Of a DNA stretch of 64,000 nt, positions 26,289 to 35,162 are shown in pieces. The position numbers were made by a program, and so were the translations under genes. Each line of letters begins with the position of its first letter. The first letter of the stretch is position 1. The stretch is from an uncultured bacterium. Its GTDB lineage: Bacteria; Chloroflexota; UBA5177; JANWHV01. A model generated the notes under the pieces. It saw only the letters and a program-made list of their open reading frames with translations. It was not told where the DNA came from and made no database searches. The stretch covers positions 1,184,001-1,248,000 of the forward strand of contig CAWHAE010000009.1 in assembly GCA_963827235.1 (NCBI GenBank), given 5' to 3'.

Positions 26289-26840
26289 CTACCCTCTAGA
26301 CTCGATTGGCCCGCGCCGATGACTGCCCGGCACGGCGATCGCATGGTGTGCTCGCCGGCGTAGGCTCGGCGGTGCGGGCCTTGCAGCGGTTGGCAGTTGT
26401 GGGACATGTGCCGCGCGATGCCGAGCGGCTGCAAGCTCGGTGAGCACCGCGCGGAGGACAGCGCCTTCACCCGCGTCGACGGGCAGGCTGAGTGGCCCGA
26501 CGAGCCGTCTGCGCAGCGGGGTAGCAAGAGAGGCCCACACGTACGCTTGCGCTCTCGGCGGTCCGACCACAAACACGTAGTCGAACGGTCGGGCGACATG
26601 GAGCGCCGCCGCCACACGTGACACCCGCATCGCCAGCTGTTGGAGCTGGTGGCCGGTAAGCGGTGCTTGCCGTGAAACGGCAGGATTCCTGCTGCCGGCC
26701 GCGGAAGCGGCCGCGACTGTGTACTCGCGTGCATCTTCGATGCGAGTCCCTCGCACGCAGATCACGCGTGCATGTGCCCCGTCGAACAGTATGACGGCGG
26801 CGCGTTGTGTGATGCTGGGATCGGTCGGTACCTGGATCAT
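26289..26840 (-). CDS. baeRF/host-attachment-like protein (eRF1 middle-domain fold), possibly truncated
   Basis: VILFDGAHARV and FDYVFVVGPP....L...LRRRLVG.L.LPVDA pattern of bacterial aeRF1-like families. Confidence 0.6.
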   Translation of the reverse strand: MIQVPTDPSITQRAAVILFDGAHARVICVRGTRIEDAREYTVAAASAAGSRNPAVSRQAPLTGHQLQQLAMRVSRVAAALHVARPFDYVFVVGPPRAQAYVWASLATPLRRRLVGPLSLPVDAGEGAVLRAVLTELAAARHRAAHVPQLPTAARPAPPSLRRRAHHAIAVPGSHRRGPIESRG

Positions 26841-26934
26841 GGTCGGTTCTCCGCAGTCTCCGCGAGCCGGGCATCTGCCGAGTGCCTCGGCGCCAGTGAG
26901 CCTCTCAGCCCGGCAGGCTTCGTCTGCTACATGT

Positions 26935-26980
26935 ACCCTAGCGCGGCACCGTTAGCAGATCGACAGCGAGATAGCAGATC
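26935..26980 (-). promoter_or_regulatory. Putative SARP-type promoter (CTGCTAACGGTGCCGCG-C-TAGGGT) for the baeRF/beta-helix/DUF2721 genes
   Basis: 12-bp AACGGTGCCGCG identical to the inverted copy at 32383-32394; both are followed by a TAnnnT hexamer. Confidence 0.55.
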
Positions 26981-27235
26981 TCTGAAAGCCCGTACAGCCC
27001 GGGCACACGCCGTGGGAGATGACGGCACCATAAACCGGCAGGGACCGCGCCCGCACGGCAGCTGGTTCGCACTCCAGCACGTGGCGCCGCTGATTTCACC
27101 CCAGGCTTTGCGGAACAGAGTGTTGACGCGTTATCGTGTCGAGTGAGGGCAGCTGCACCGCAATGATCGCCGGTGCGACGCAGAGATGGGTACGCGGCGC
27201 ATACCGCCGGTTGCAGCGAGGAAGGCCGGGTGTTG

Positions 27236-30200
27236 ATGGGTCAGCTTCGCCTCGCGCTCCTTGGGCCGCCCGAAGTCTGGCTTGGCGAGCGGCGAATCAC
27301 GCTGCGCACCCACAAGGCGCTGGCCTTGCTGGCCTATCTCATCGCGGAAGAGGCCGCGCGCCCGCGCGATCAGCTCGGGGCGCTGCTCTGGCCGGAGCTC
27401 GACGGCGTGGGCGCTCGGAACAACGTGCGCGTGAGCCTGTTCTATCTGCGGCACGCCCTGGGTAAACCCGCTCTGACCACCTTCGGCGATGTCGTCGGCT
27501 GTGCGCCCTCGACCATCGAGGCGTCGGACCTGCATCAACTGGCTCAAGCTGAGCGGCGTGCCCGAGCGAGCGGCCACGCGGCAGGAATCCGTGCTGAGCT
27601 ACAAGCGGCGACCGCGCTCTATCGCGGCCCGTTTCTGGACGGACTGGTGGTACCGGACGCGCCTGACTTCGAGACCTGGCTGGCAGGTCAACGCGCGCAC
27701 TGGCACGGCGTCATCCTTGCAGTGCTCGACCGGCTGGCTACAACGCGGCTCGAGGCCGGCGAGGCGGCCGGTGCCCGAACATCGCTGGAGCGCCTGGTCG
27801 CCCTCGACCCCGGCGTGGAAGACGCCTGGCAGCGACTGCTCGCACTGGATCTCGACGCGGGTGACATACTCGGAGCCCGTCGAGCCTGGACGGAATGCAG
27901 GCAGGCGATGGCCGATCTGGGCCTTGCACCGGGCGCTGCACTCGAGGCCATCGCCTCGCGCCTCGAGGTTCCGGGTGCGCTGCATTCCGCGGCCGCCCCC
28001 GATATCGGAGCCGATGCGGCCGGCGACGTGCTCGCCGACCTGCCCTTGGTTGGACGCGCACAGCACTCTGCGGTGTTGCACCGACTGTTCGAGCGTTGTC
28101 AGGCCGGTCAGTTTGCGCTTGGCGTGCTGCTCGGAGAGGCCGGTGTCGGCAAGACGCGCCTGGCCGGCGAGTTCCTGGCTTGGGCCCGCGAGCACGGCGC
28201 GGAAACGCTGGCCGGCCGGGCTTTCGGGCCGGAGGGTGGTGTGCCCTATGCTCCCGTGGTGGAGGCGTTGCGTCCGGGTCTCGAGCGTGAGAACGCGCCA
28301 GAGGATTTGCTCGGCGACGTCTGGTTGGCTGAGCTCGCCCGGGTGCTGCCCGAGCTGCGCGAGCGATATCCCGACCTACCTGCCACCACTCCCGACCTTG
28401 CTCTGGAGCACGCGCGCCTGCTCGAGGCGGTAGCTCGGCTCGGCCTGGCTCTGGCCGCACGCCGGCCGGTGGTGCTGTTCCTTGACGACGCGCAATGGAA
28501 CGACAAGGGGACACGCGACATCGTACGCTACACAGCTCGCCAGTGGAGCGAAGCGGGGGCGCGGATCCTGCTGCTGCTGGCCATACGGGCCGACGACCTG
28601 ACGCGCGATCCCGAGCTGCCGCGGTGGCTGGGCGGCCTGGAGCGCGAGTCTCCCATCACCCGAGTCGAGCTTGGGCGGCTGGCGCCGGAGGATGTTGCGC
28701 AGCTGGTTGACTTGCTCGGAGGGAGTGACGACGGAGACGCACCGGAAGCCGGCGAAGGCAGGAGCTCGGCCTTCGGGCAGTGGCTCGCACAGCAGTGCGA
28801 CGGCAACCCTGCCGCGCTGGTACGGACACTGCGCGCCATGCTGGCGACCAATCAGATGAGCTGTCGAACGCGCGAGGATGGCAGCCGGGCGCTCGAGCTG
28901 CGGGCTACCCCGCCACCGCTGCTTCCGGCACCGCGCCGGCAATCGCGCCTGGACTGGGGCGATGCTCCGGACACCGCCGGCTTCTTCGGTCGAGATCGGG
29001 AGCTCGCCGTGCTGGAGCAATGGCTCGTCGCCGACACATGCCGGCTTGTCTCCTTGATCGGCATCGGCGGTATCGGCAAGACTGCTCTCGCGGCACGACT
29101 GGGCCGTGCTGTCGCGGCGCAGTTCGACGCCGTCGTCTGGCGCAGCCTGCGCAACGCGCCGCCAGTCGACGAGTGGCTGGCTGATATGGTAAGCGTGCTG
29201 GCGGCGCGACCGGGCAGCCTGCCGGTGGGCGTCGAGGCGCGGCTGGCGCTCCTTCTGCAGGTTCTCCGAGAGCAGCGCTGCCTGCTTGTCCTCGATAATC
29301 TGGAGACCGTGCTGGCGCCGGGGGTGTGCGAGGGACGCTACCGCGACGAGTATGCCGGCTACGGCCGGGTTCTGCAGCAGATAGGGGAGCTGGCTCACCA
29401 GAGCTGCCTCTTGCTGACGAGCCGCGAGCTGCCGGCCGAGCTGACCGGTCAGGAAGATGCACATGGCCCGGTACGCACGCTTCGCCTGCAGGGACTGGAT
29501 TTGGAGGCCAGCCGCGCGATGCTGCATGACCAGGGGCTCAGCGGCACAGAGCAGGCGTGGCAGGAGCTGGTAGCGCGTTTCGGCGGGAACGCGCTGGCGC
29601 TCAAAATGGCGAGCCACACGATCCGTGATCTCTACATTGGTGACATCCCGGCCTTCCTGCACGATCTGCGCGGGCCGTCCGGCGCCGTCTTTGGCGGCAT
29701 CAGGCAGCTCTTCGGCACACAGGTTGAGCGCCTCTCGCCGCTCGAGCGCGATATCCTTTACTGGCTGGCGATCGAGCGCGAACCGGTAGGCTTCGGCAAG
29801 CTGACCGCCGATCTCGAGCCCACCTCCTCGCACGGCGACGTGCTCGAAGCGCTGGAGGCGCTTCGACGTCGCTCGCTGATCGAGCGTGGCGAACATCCCG
29901 GTACCTTCACGCTGCAGCCGGTGATCCTGGAGTATACGGCCAACCGCCTCGTGGAGGCTGCGTCCCAAGAGATCCAACAGCGGAGGCCGCAGGTCTTGCT
30001 GCGTCACGCGCTGCTCCAGGCAACAGCCAAAGACTACGTGCGGCGCAGCCAGGCGCGACTGATCGCCGGCCCGCTGCTGGAACGCCTGGTGGCTGCTGAC
30101 GGCAGTGCGGCGGCGGTCGAGCAGCGATTGCTGGGTCTGCTCGGGAGTTGGCGCGGTCAGGCATTTCCGGATCCCGGCTACGGTCCGGGTAATGTCGTGA

Positions 30201-32254
30201 ACCTGCTGCGGCTGATGCGGGGGGATCTGCGCAATCTTGACCTATCTCGCCTGGCGATTCGGCAGGCGTATCTGCAAGAGGTCGATGCGCAGGACAGCAG
30301 CCTTGCGGGCGCCCATCTGACCGAATGCGCGCTTCCCGACGCCTTCTTCTATCCGACCTCCGTTGCCCTGGACGGGAACGGCACCCATCTGGCAGCGGGG
30401 ACCTCGCACGGCGAGCTGCGGGTCTGGCGCCTGTCCGACCGCACGCCTATCCTTGCGGCGCAGGGCCACAGCAATGGCGTCTACGGCCTGGCGCTGGCGG
30501 CAGGCGGCTCGCTGATGGCCGCCGGCAGCGTCGACGGTACGGTCACGCTCTGGGATGTGTCCACGGGTCAGCTCGTCCGCAGGCTCGAAGCGCACGGAGG
30601 GCCGGCATGGGGCGTCGCGCTCAGCGGAGACGGGCAGGTAATCGCCGCAGGAATTGCCGATGGCACCGTCAGAGTCTGGGAGGCCATGACCGGTCGTACT
30701 GTGCACACCCTGGAAGGACATAGTGGTCCCGTTTGGGGTGTCGCGTTGAGCGCCGACGGTCACATGCTCGCCAGCAGCAGCTATGACGGTACGGCCAGGC
30801 TCTGGGAGCTGCCCAGCGGCGCGCTGCTTGCCACACTGCGGGGTCACGCGAGTGGTGTCCGGGCAACGGCCTTGAGCGCGGACGGGCGGCTGGTGGCCAG
30901 CGGAGGTTACGACGGTACGGTCCGGTTGTGGGAAGCAGCGGGCGGCCGGCTCCTGGCCACGCTACAAGGACACACCGGCTGCGTCTGGGGGGTCGCGTTG
31001 AGCGCGGACGGACGCCTCCTGGCGAGCAGCAGCTATGACGGCACGGTGAAGCTCTGGGAGGCGCCAAGCGGCCGGCTGATCGCGACCCTGCAGGGCCATA
31101 CCGGCTACGTCTGGGGCGTTGCACTCACCCTACAAGGGCGGCTGGTGGCCAGCGGGAGCTATGACGGCACGGTGAGGCTCTGGGAGGCACCGGGCGGGCA
31201 GGTCCTGGCGACCTTGCAGGGACAGATCGGCGGTGTCAGCAGGCTCGCCATCTCGGCGAATGGCCGGCGCGTGGCCAGAGGTGGTATGGATGGCGTGGTC
31301 AAGGTCTGGGCGACCGCCCAGGGCCGGCTGCTAGCCACTTTGCAGGGCCACAGCGGCGGGATCTACGGCGTGGCGATCTCAGCCGATGGCCGCCTGGTAG
31401 CCAGCGGCAGCCGCGACGGCTCGATCCGGCTGTGGGAAGCGGCGAGCGGTCGTGCTCTCGCGACCCTTCAGGGCCACACCGGTCTGGTGTGGGGCGTGGC
31501 GCTCTCGGCCGACGGCAGGCTGTTGGCCAGCGGTAGCTTTGACGGCACGGTGAAGCTCTGGGACGTGGCTAGCCGGCGGCTGCTTAGCACCCTGCACGGC
31601 CACTCCGGCGGCATCATCGACGTAGCACTGTCGGCCGACGGCAGGCTGGTGGCCAGCGGTAGCGACGACGGGACGATTACCGTGTGGAAGGTGGAGAGCG
31701 GCGAGCTGGCGGGCACCTTGCAGGGGCACAGCGGCGCCGTCCGCGGCGTGGCATTGAGCGGCGACGGGCAGCTCGTGGCCAGCGGTGGCGATGATGGCCT
31801 GCTGACAGTCTGGGACATAGCCCGGGAACGCGAACTGACCACGGTGCGCGCGCACTCGGGCGGCGTACTGGACGTCTCGCTCAGCAGCGATGGGCGGCTG
31901 GTGGCCAGTGCCGGGCTGGATTCGGTGGTCAAGCTCTGGAACGCATCCAGCGGACAACCTCTTGCCACGCTGCGCGGCCATACCGGCGCGGTGCGGGCGG
32001 TGGCTCTCAGTGCCGACGGCCGGACAGTGGCCAGCGGCGGCACGGACGGCGTCGTGCGGTTGTGGGACGTCGCCGGAGCCACGCTCCTGCATGCGCTCCA
32101 AGGCGATCGCAGCTACGAACGCCTGGACATTACCGGGCTCTCCGGTATCACGCCGGCCCAGCGTGCGGCACTGATCGCTCTGGGCGCGCGTGAGCAGGTG
32201 TCCAGTGACGGAGCAGATCCGGCGGACGGCGGCGGATTCGATGCGCCTGCCTGA
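27236..32254 (+). CDS. Giant SARP/BTAD-AAA_16-NB-ARC-WD40 (14 repeats) regulator
   Basis: N-terminal wHTH/BTAD; Walker A GEAGVGKT with LFLDDAQW; second Walker A GIGGIGKT with LLVLDNLE and FGGNALAL; GNVVNLL/pentapeptide linker; 14 WD40 repeats; YERLDITG..GIT.AQRAALIALGA tail. Confidence 0.92.
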   Translation: MGQLRLALLGPPEVWLGERRITLRTHKALALLAYLIAEEAARPRDQLGALLWPELDGVGARNNVRVSLFYLRHALGKPALTTFGDVVGCAPSTIEASDLHQLAQAERRARASGHAAGIRAELQAATALYRGPFLDGLVVPDAPDFETWLAGQRAHWHGVILAVLDRLATTRLEAGEAAGARTSLERLVALDPGVEDAWQRLLALDLDAGDILGARRAWTECRQAMADLGLAPGAALEAIASRLEVPGALHSAAAPDIGADAAGDVLADLPLVGRAQHSAVLHRLFERCQAGQFALGVLLGEAGVGKTRLAGEFLAWAREHGAETLAGRAFGPEGGVPYAPVVEALRPGLERENAPEDLLGDVWLAELARVLPELRERYPDLPATTPDLALEHARLLEAVARLGLALAARRPVVLFLDDAQWNDKGTRDIVRYTARQWSEAGARILLLLAIRADDLTRDPELPRWLGGLERESPITRVELGRLAPEDVAQLVDLLGGSDDGDAPEAGEGRSSAFGQWLAQQCDGNPAALVRTLRAMLATNQMSCRTREDGSRALELRATPPPLLPAPRRQSRLDWGDAPDTAGFFGRDRELAVLEQWLVADTCRLVSLIGIGGIGKTALAARLGRAVAAQFDAVVWRSLRNAPPVDEWLADMVSVLAARPGSLPVGVEARLALLLQVLREQRCLLVLDNLETVLAPGVCEGRYRDEYAGYGRVLQQIGELAHQSCLLLTSRELPAELTGQEDAHGPVRTLRLQGLDLEASRAMLHDQGLSGTEQAWQELVARFGGNALALKMASHTIRDLYIGDIPAFLHDLRGPSGAVFGGIRQLFGTQVERLSPLERDILYWLAIEREPVGFGKLTADLEPTSSHGDVLEALEALRRRSLIERGEHPGTFTLQPVILEYTANRLVEAASQEIQQRRPQVLLRHALLQATAKDYVRRSQARLIAGPLLERLVAADGSAAAVEQRLLGLLGSWRGQAFPDPGYGPGNVVNLLRLMRGDLRNLDLSRLAIRQAYLQEVDAQDSSLAGAHLTECALPDAFFYPTSVALDGNGTHLAAGTSHGELRVWRLSDRTPILAAQGHSNGVYGLALAAGGSLMAAGSVDGTVTLWDVSTGQLVRRLEAHGGPAWGVALSGDGQVIAAGIADGTVRVWEAMTGRTVHTLEGHSGPVWGVALSADGHMLASSSYDGTARLWELPSGALLATLRGHASGVRATALSADGRLVASGGYDGTVRLWEAAGGRLLATLQGHTGCVWGVALSADGRLLASSSYDGTVKLWEAPSGRLIATLQGHTGYVWGVALTLQGRLVASGSYDGTVRLWEAPGGQVLATLQGQIGGVSRLAISANGRRVARGGMDGVVKVWATAQGRLLATLQGHSGGIYGVAISADGRLVASGSRDGSIRLWEAASGRALATLQGHTGLVWGVALSADGRLLASGSFDGTVKLWDVASRRLLSTLHGHSGGIIDVALSADGRLVASGSDDGTITVWKVESGELAGTLQGHSGAVRGVALSGDGQLVASGGDDGLLTVWDIARERELTTVRAHSGGVLDVSLSSDGRLVASAGLDSVVKLWNASSGQPLATLRGHTGAVRAVALSADGRTVASGGTDGVVRLWDVAGATLLHALQGDRSYERLDITGLSGITPAQRAALIALGAREQVSSDGADPADGGGFDAPA
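30355..32110 (+). repeat. Coding tandem repeat, ~126-bp unit x14 (WD40 blades)
   Basis: Recurrent LQGHxGxVWGVALSADGRLxASGxxDGTVxLWE units. Confidence 0.92.
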
Positions 32255-32366
32255 GGCAATGCGGCTCACCTGAGCGGGTCCACGCGGATCTGGATCTCGG
32301 CACGTGGCACACTGGACGGCGCCGCCGTCGCCCGAACGCCGGCTTGGTCCTCCGGCGCTGCGTGGG

Positions 32367-32401
32367 CTGCTAATGCTCGTCAAACGGTGCCGCGTTATGC
32401 T
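32367..32401 (+). promoter_or_regulatory. Putative SARP-type promoter (CAAACGGTGCCGCG-T-TATGCT) for the second BON gene
   Basis: Inverted twin of 26935-26958; also shares CTGCTA upstream. Confidence 0.55.
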
Positions 32402-32631
32402 CCGATGTGCGGTGAGACGGATGCCCCCCCCACGAAGAACAGTACCGGAGCCTGGGAGAGGACCGGACGACGACCGTGTCTCCTGAGCCGGCCCGTGGTG
32501 GCACTGGCCCACCTGTCGCCGGGCGAGTGGCCGCGCTCGTGCTTGCTCCGGCACGGCACTGCCGGTGAGGACGAGGAACGTCGACGAGCGCAACCGGCAG
32601 ATCGCGCATGGCATGCACGTGGAGGGAGACC

Positions 32632-33423
32632 ATGAAATCGGATGAGCTGCTGCAACGTGAAGTCGTGGCTGAGCTGCGCTGGGACACGCATGTCTCCGCG
32701 CCCGATATCGAGGTGGCCGTGCTTCGCGCTGCCGTGGTCCTTACCGGCATCGTGACCAGCTACGCTCAGCGCATAGCTGCCCGGGACGCCGCCTGGCGGG
32801 TGCTCGGCGTGCGCGAGGTGGTAAACGAGCTGGTCGTCCAGATTCCGGTGGCACAGCGGCCCACCGATGAGGAGCTTGTGCAGGCCGCGCGCCGTGCGCT
32901 GGACTGGGATGTGCGCGTTCCCGCGGCCGCGGTCGACGGAACGGTCGCCGATGGCTGGGTTACCCTGCGAGGGACGGTGGCACGGTGGACGCAGCGGCAG
33001 GATGCCGAGCGTACCGTACGCTGCTTACGGGGCGTGCGTGGAATCACCAACAGCATCAGGGTCGAGGAAGGAGCGGACCTGCCCGATACGGTTGCCGCGG
33101 CAATCGAGGCCGCCGTCAAGCGGTGCACCGACCAGACCACTATCCGTGTCGCCGTTGCGACGCGGGACGGCACGGTGACCCTCACAGGGGCTGCGCATTC
33201 CAGGAGCGAGGCCCGGGCAGTCGTCGCCGCGGCCGAGCACGGCCCAGGTGTGCAGCATGTTGTGGATCGCATGCATATCGATCCGCAGGCGTGGCTTGAG
33301 CGGCGAGGCTCCTTGCAGCGGCCGACCTCGCCTGATCGGCCGGCCCGCGTCGCGGATCTTGCTGCAGTGGAGCCCGCCCGGAAAACGCAGATGGACACAG
33401 ATGCCGCATATAGGCGTCGATGA
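32632..33423 (+). CDS. Triple BON-domain protein (paralog of 20327..21007)
   Basis: SDELLQREVVAELRWD, VVLTGIV, GWVTLRGTV, GTVTLTGA; GGAGGG RBS. Confidence 0.9.
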   Translation: MKSDELLQREVVAELRWDTHVSAPDIEVAVLRAAVVLTGIVTSYAQRIAARDAAWRVLGVREVVNELVVQIPVAQRPTDEELVQAARRALDWDVRVPAAAVDGTVADGWVTLRGTVARWTQRQDAERTVRCLRGVRGITNSIRVEEGADLPDTVAAAIEAAVKRCTDQTTIRVAVATRDGTVTLTGAAHSRSEARAVVAAAEHGPGVQHVVDRMHIDPQAWLERRGSLQRPTSPDRPARVADLAAVEPARKTQMDTDAAYRRR

Positions 33424-33581
33424 TGCAGATGAACCCACGTGGTGCTCTGAGCCTCACCTGGGCCCTGGAGAGCTGGGATGGGCGGCAACGCAGCGGACTG
33501 TTCGATCAGGCCGGCCCAGCGCAGCGGCTCCCGGCCGACTCATCTGCGTCATCTCAGCCCATCTGCGGCACCTGCGTTTCT
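33381..33581. repeat. ~200-bp element with ~40-bp imperfect terminal inverted repeats built from CGCAGATG units (REP/MITE-like)
   Basis: Left arm AAACGCAGATG..CCGCATATAGGCGTCGATGATGCAGATGA versus reverse complement of right arm AAACGCAGGTGCCGCAGATGGGCTGAGATGACGCAGATGA. Confidence 0.65.
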
Positions 33582-33659
33582 GCGCACCGGGTCCGTCCTG
33601 CCCTACCCGGCAGCAAGGGCGGGAAGGGCCAGTAGCTTCGACAGGACTGCCGGCGGTGC

Positions 33660-35162
33660 TCAGCGGTGCAGGTCGGGATCTTGCTGGGTGACGCGCAGGC
33701 GCACGGTGAACACCCCGTCGCCACTGAGCACGCCGCCGCGTCCGAAGAGCCTGCCGTTCTGCCAGTTGGATAACCCGAGCTCAGGCCGGTTGAGGGCGTA
33801 CTGGCCGTCCACCCAGCGCGTAAAGCCGTTGCCCACGAACGGGGCGTCGACCATGCGGAAGAAGCGCTCTTGCGCGGCTGGGTCGTCGGCGATCAGGGAA
33901 GCAACCAGCCGGGGACTGTAACTATTGAACCAGGAAACGGCCCGCTCCACGCTGGCCACGACGCCGAGTGAAAGCTCCGGCGTCGCCTCCCACTCCCATT
34001 CCGTGCCAAGCTCGTCCTCGGCCAGCGAGTCGGCGGCCGCCTCTTCCACGGGACCGCCGGCGCGATAGATGAGCGCGCGCTGCTCGAAAAGGGCTGCAGG
34101 CACGTACGGCCGGGCGCCCTCCAGTACGTGCAGCTTGAACCCAGTGCCGAGCGCGTCGCCGCGACGCTGCACCGCGCGCAGGGCGACGGGCACGAGATCG
34201 GCCGCTCGGCTCTCCACGATCAGTACCACGTTGGCCGTGTTGCACACCTTGCGGTCGAGCGAGTGGTAGACCGCGGCTTCGAGCCTGGCGGAGGCGGCCG
34301 TGTCGCCGGCCACGATCCAGGCGCCGCCCGTTCCGTGCAGGCTGGCAGCAATACCCGTCTGGCGGGCGATGCTGCCGAGCTGCGCCACGGCTCGTCCGGA
34401 CCCGCGGGCCACGGCCAGGGCAAGGCGGCGGTCCGAGAAGAGGGCCCATCCGGCGGCGTGCTCGGCGCTGTCGATCAGGGTGATCGCTCCCTCGGGCAGT
34501 CCGGCTTCGGCCAACGCCGGCTGCAGGGCCTCCCGGGCGATGGCGCGCGCCGTGCCGAGCGCGTCGCCGCCGATACGCATCGCAGCGGTGTTGCCGCCGC
34601 GCAGAATGCCCGTGGCATCGGCGAACACGTTGGGTCGCCCTTCGAAGACAAAGCCGACCACGCCCAAGCCGTCCACGACCTGCTCGACCTTCCAGCCCTG
34701 GTGCTCCACGGTACCGGCGACCGACTCGCGCCCCCCCGGCAGATCGCGCCAGGCCATGAGGCCGGCGATCATGTCGCGGCGCATCTTGTCGCCCGCCACC
34801 AGTCTGGTGGTAGAGCGCCCGCGGGATCGCGCGGCTTCGACGTCTTGCTCATTGGCGGCGGCGATCCGTGCCCATACGTCGTCTGAAGCAAGACGCGCGG
34901 CAAAGCGCTCGTAGAAGCGAGTGACCGCCGAATCGTCGACCAGGCTCATCTCCTGGAAGGCCCGGCAGGCACCGTCGACTGCCTTGCGCACGAGCTCGCA
35001 CACTGCGAAGGGGAGGTGCAGAATGTCGCCGCTGCCGGAAACGACGAGCAGCTGATCGCCGGGTTGGAAGCGCGCGGCGACATCCTCTCCGACGAAGGCC
35101 AGCTTGTTGCCGTCGTAGACGAGCGGCATGCCGGCCGAGACGGTAGTCAGCGTGGGGGACAT
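33660..35162 (-). CDS. Glutamate-5-semialdehyde dehydrogenase-like (divergent ProA, aldehyde dehydrogenase fold)
   Basis: I..ANEQD, LGVVGFVFEGRPNV, AVARGS, SLDRKVCNT (catalytic Cys), TRWVDG..PELGLS. Confidence 0.8.
   Translation of the reverse strand: MSPTLTTVSAGMPLVYDGNKLAFVGEDVAARFQPGDQLLVVSGSGDILHLPFAVCELVRKAVDGACRAFQEMSLVDDSAVTRFYERFAARLASDDVWARIAAANEQDVEAARSRGRSTTRLVAGDKMRRDMIAGLMAWRDLPGGRESVAGTVEHQGWKVEQVVDGLGVVGFVFEGRPNVFADATGILRGGNTAAMRIGGDALGTARAIAREALQPALAEAGLPEGAITLIDSAEHAAGWALFSDRRLALAVARGSGRAVAQLGSIARQTGIAASLHGTGGAWIVAGDTAASARLEAAVYHSLDRKVCNTANVVLIVESRAADLVPVALRAVQRRGDALGTGFKLHVLEGARPYVPAALFEQRALIYRAGGPVEEAAADSLAEDELGTEWEWEATPELSLGVVASVERAVSWFNSYSPRLVASLIADDPAAQERFFRMVDAPFVGNGFTRWVDGQYALNRPELGLSNWQNGRLFGRGGVLSGDGVFTVRLRVTQQDPDLHR

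Larger units (their letters stand above)
14452..33848. mobile_element. Putative genomic island (~19.2 kb) integrated into the 3' end of the proA-like gene; no integrase seen
   Basis: Bounded by ~180-bp diverged direct repeats of a gene 3' end; accessory stress-gene cargo with pseudogene debris. Confidence 0.55.

Noticed and set aside
30355-32110. Regular tandem repeats as a possible CRISPR array
   Set aside because: In-frame 126-bp WD40 coding units with no unique spacers and no cas genes
14452-33848. Prophage or ICE identity for the island
   Set aside because: No integrase, capsid, terminase, relaxase or T4SS genes recognised
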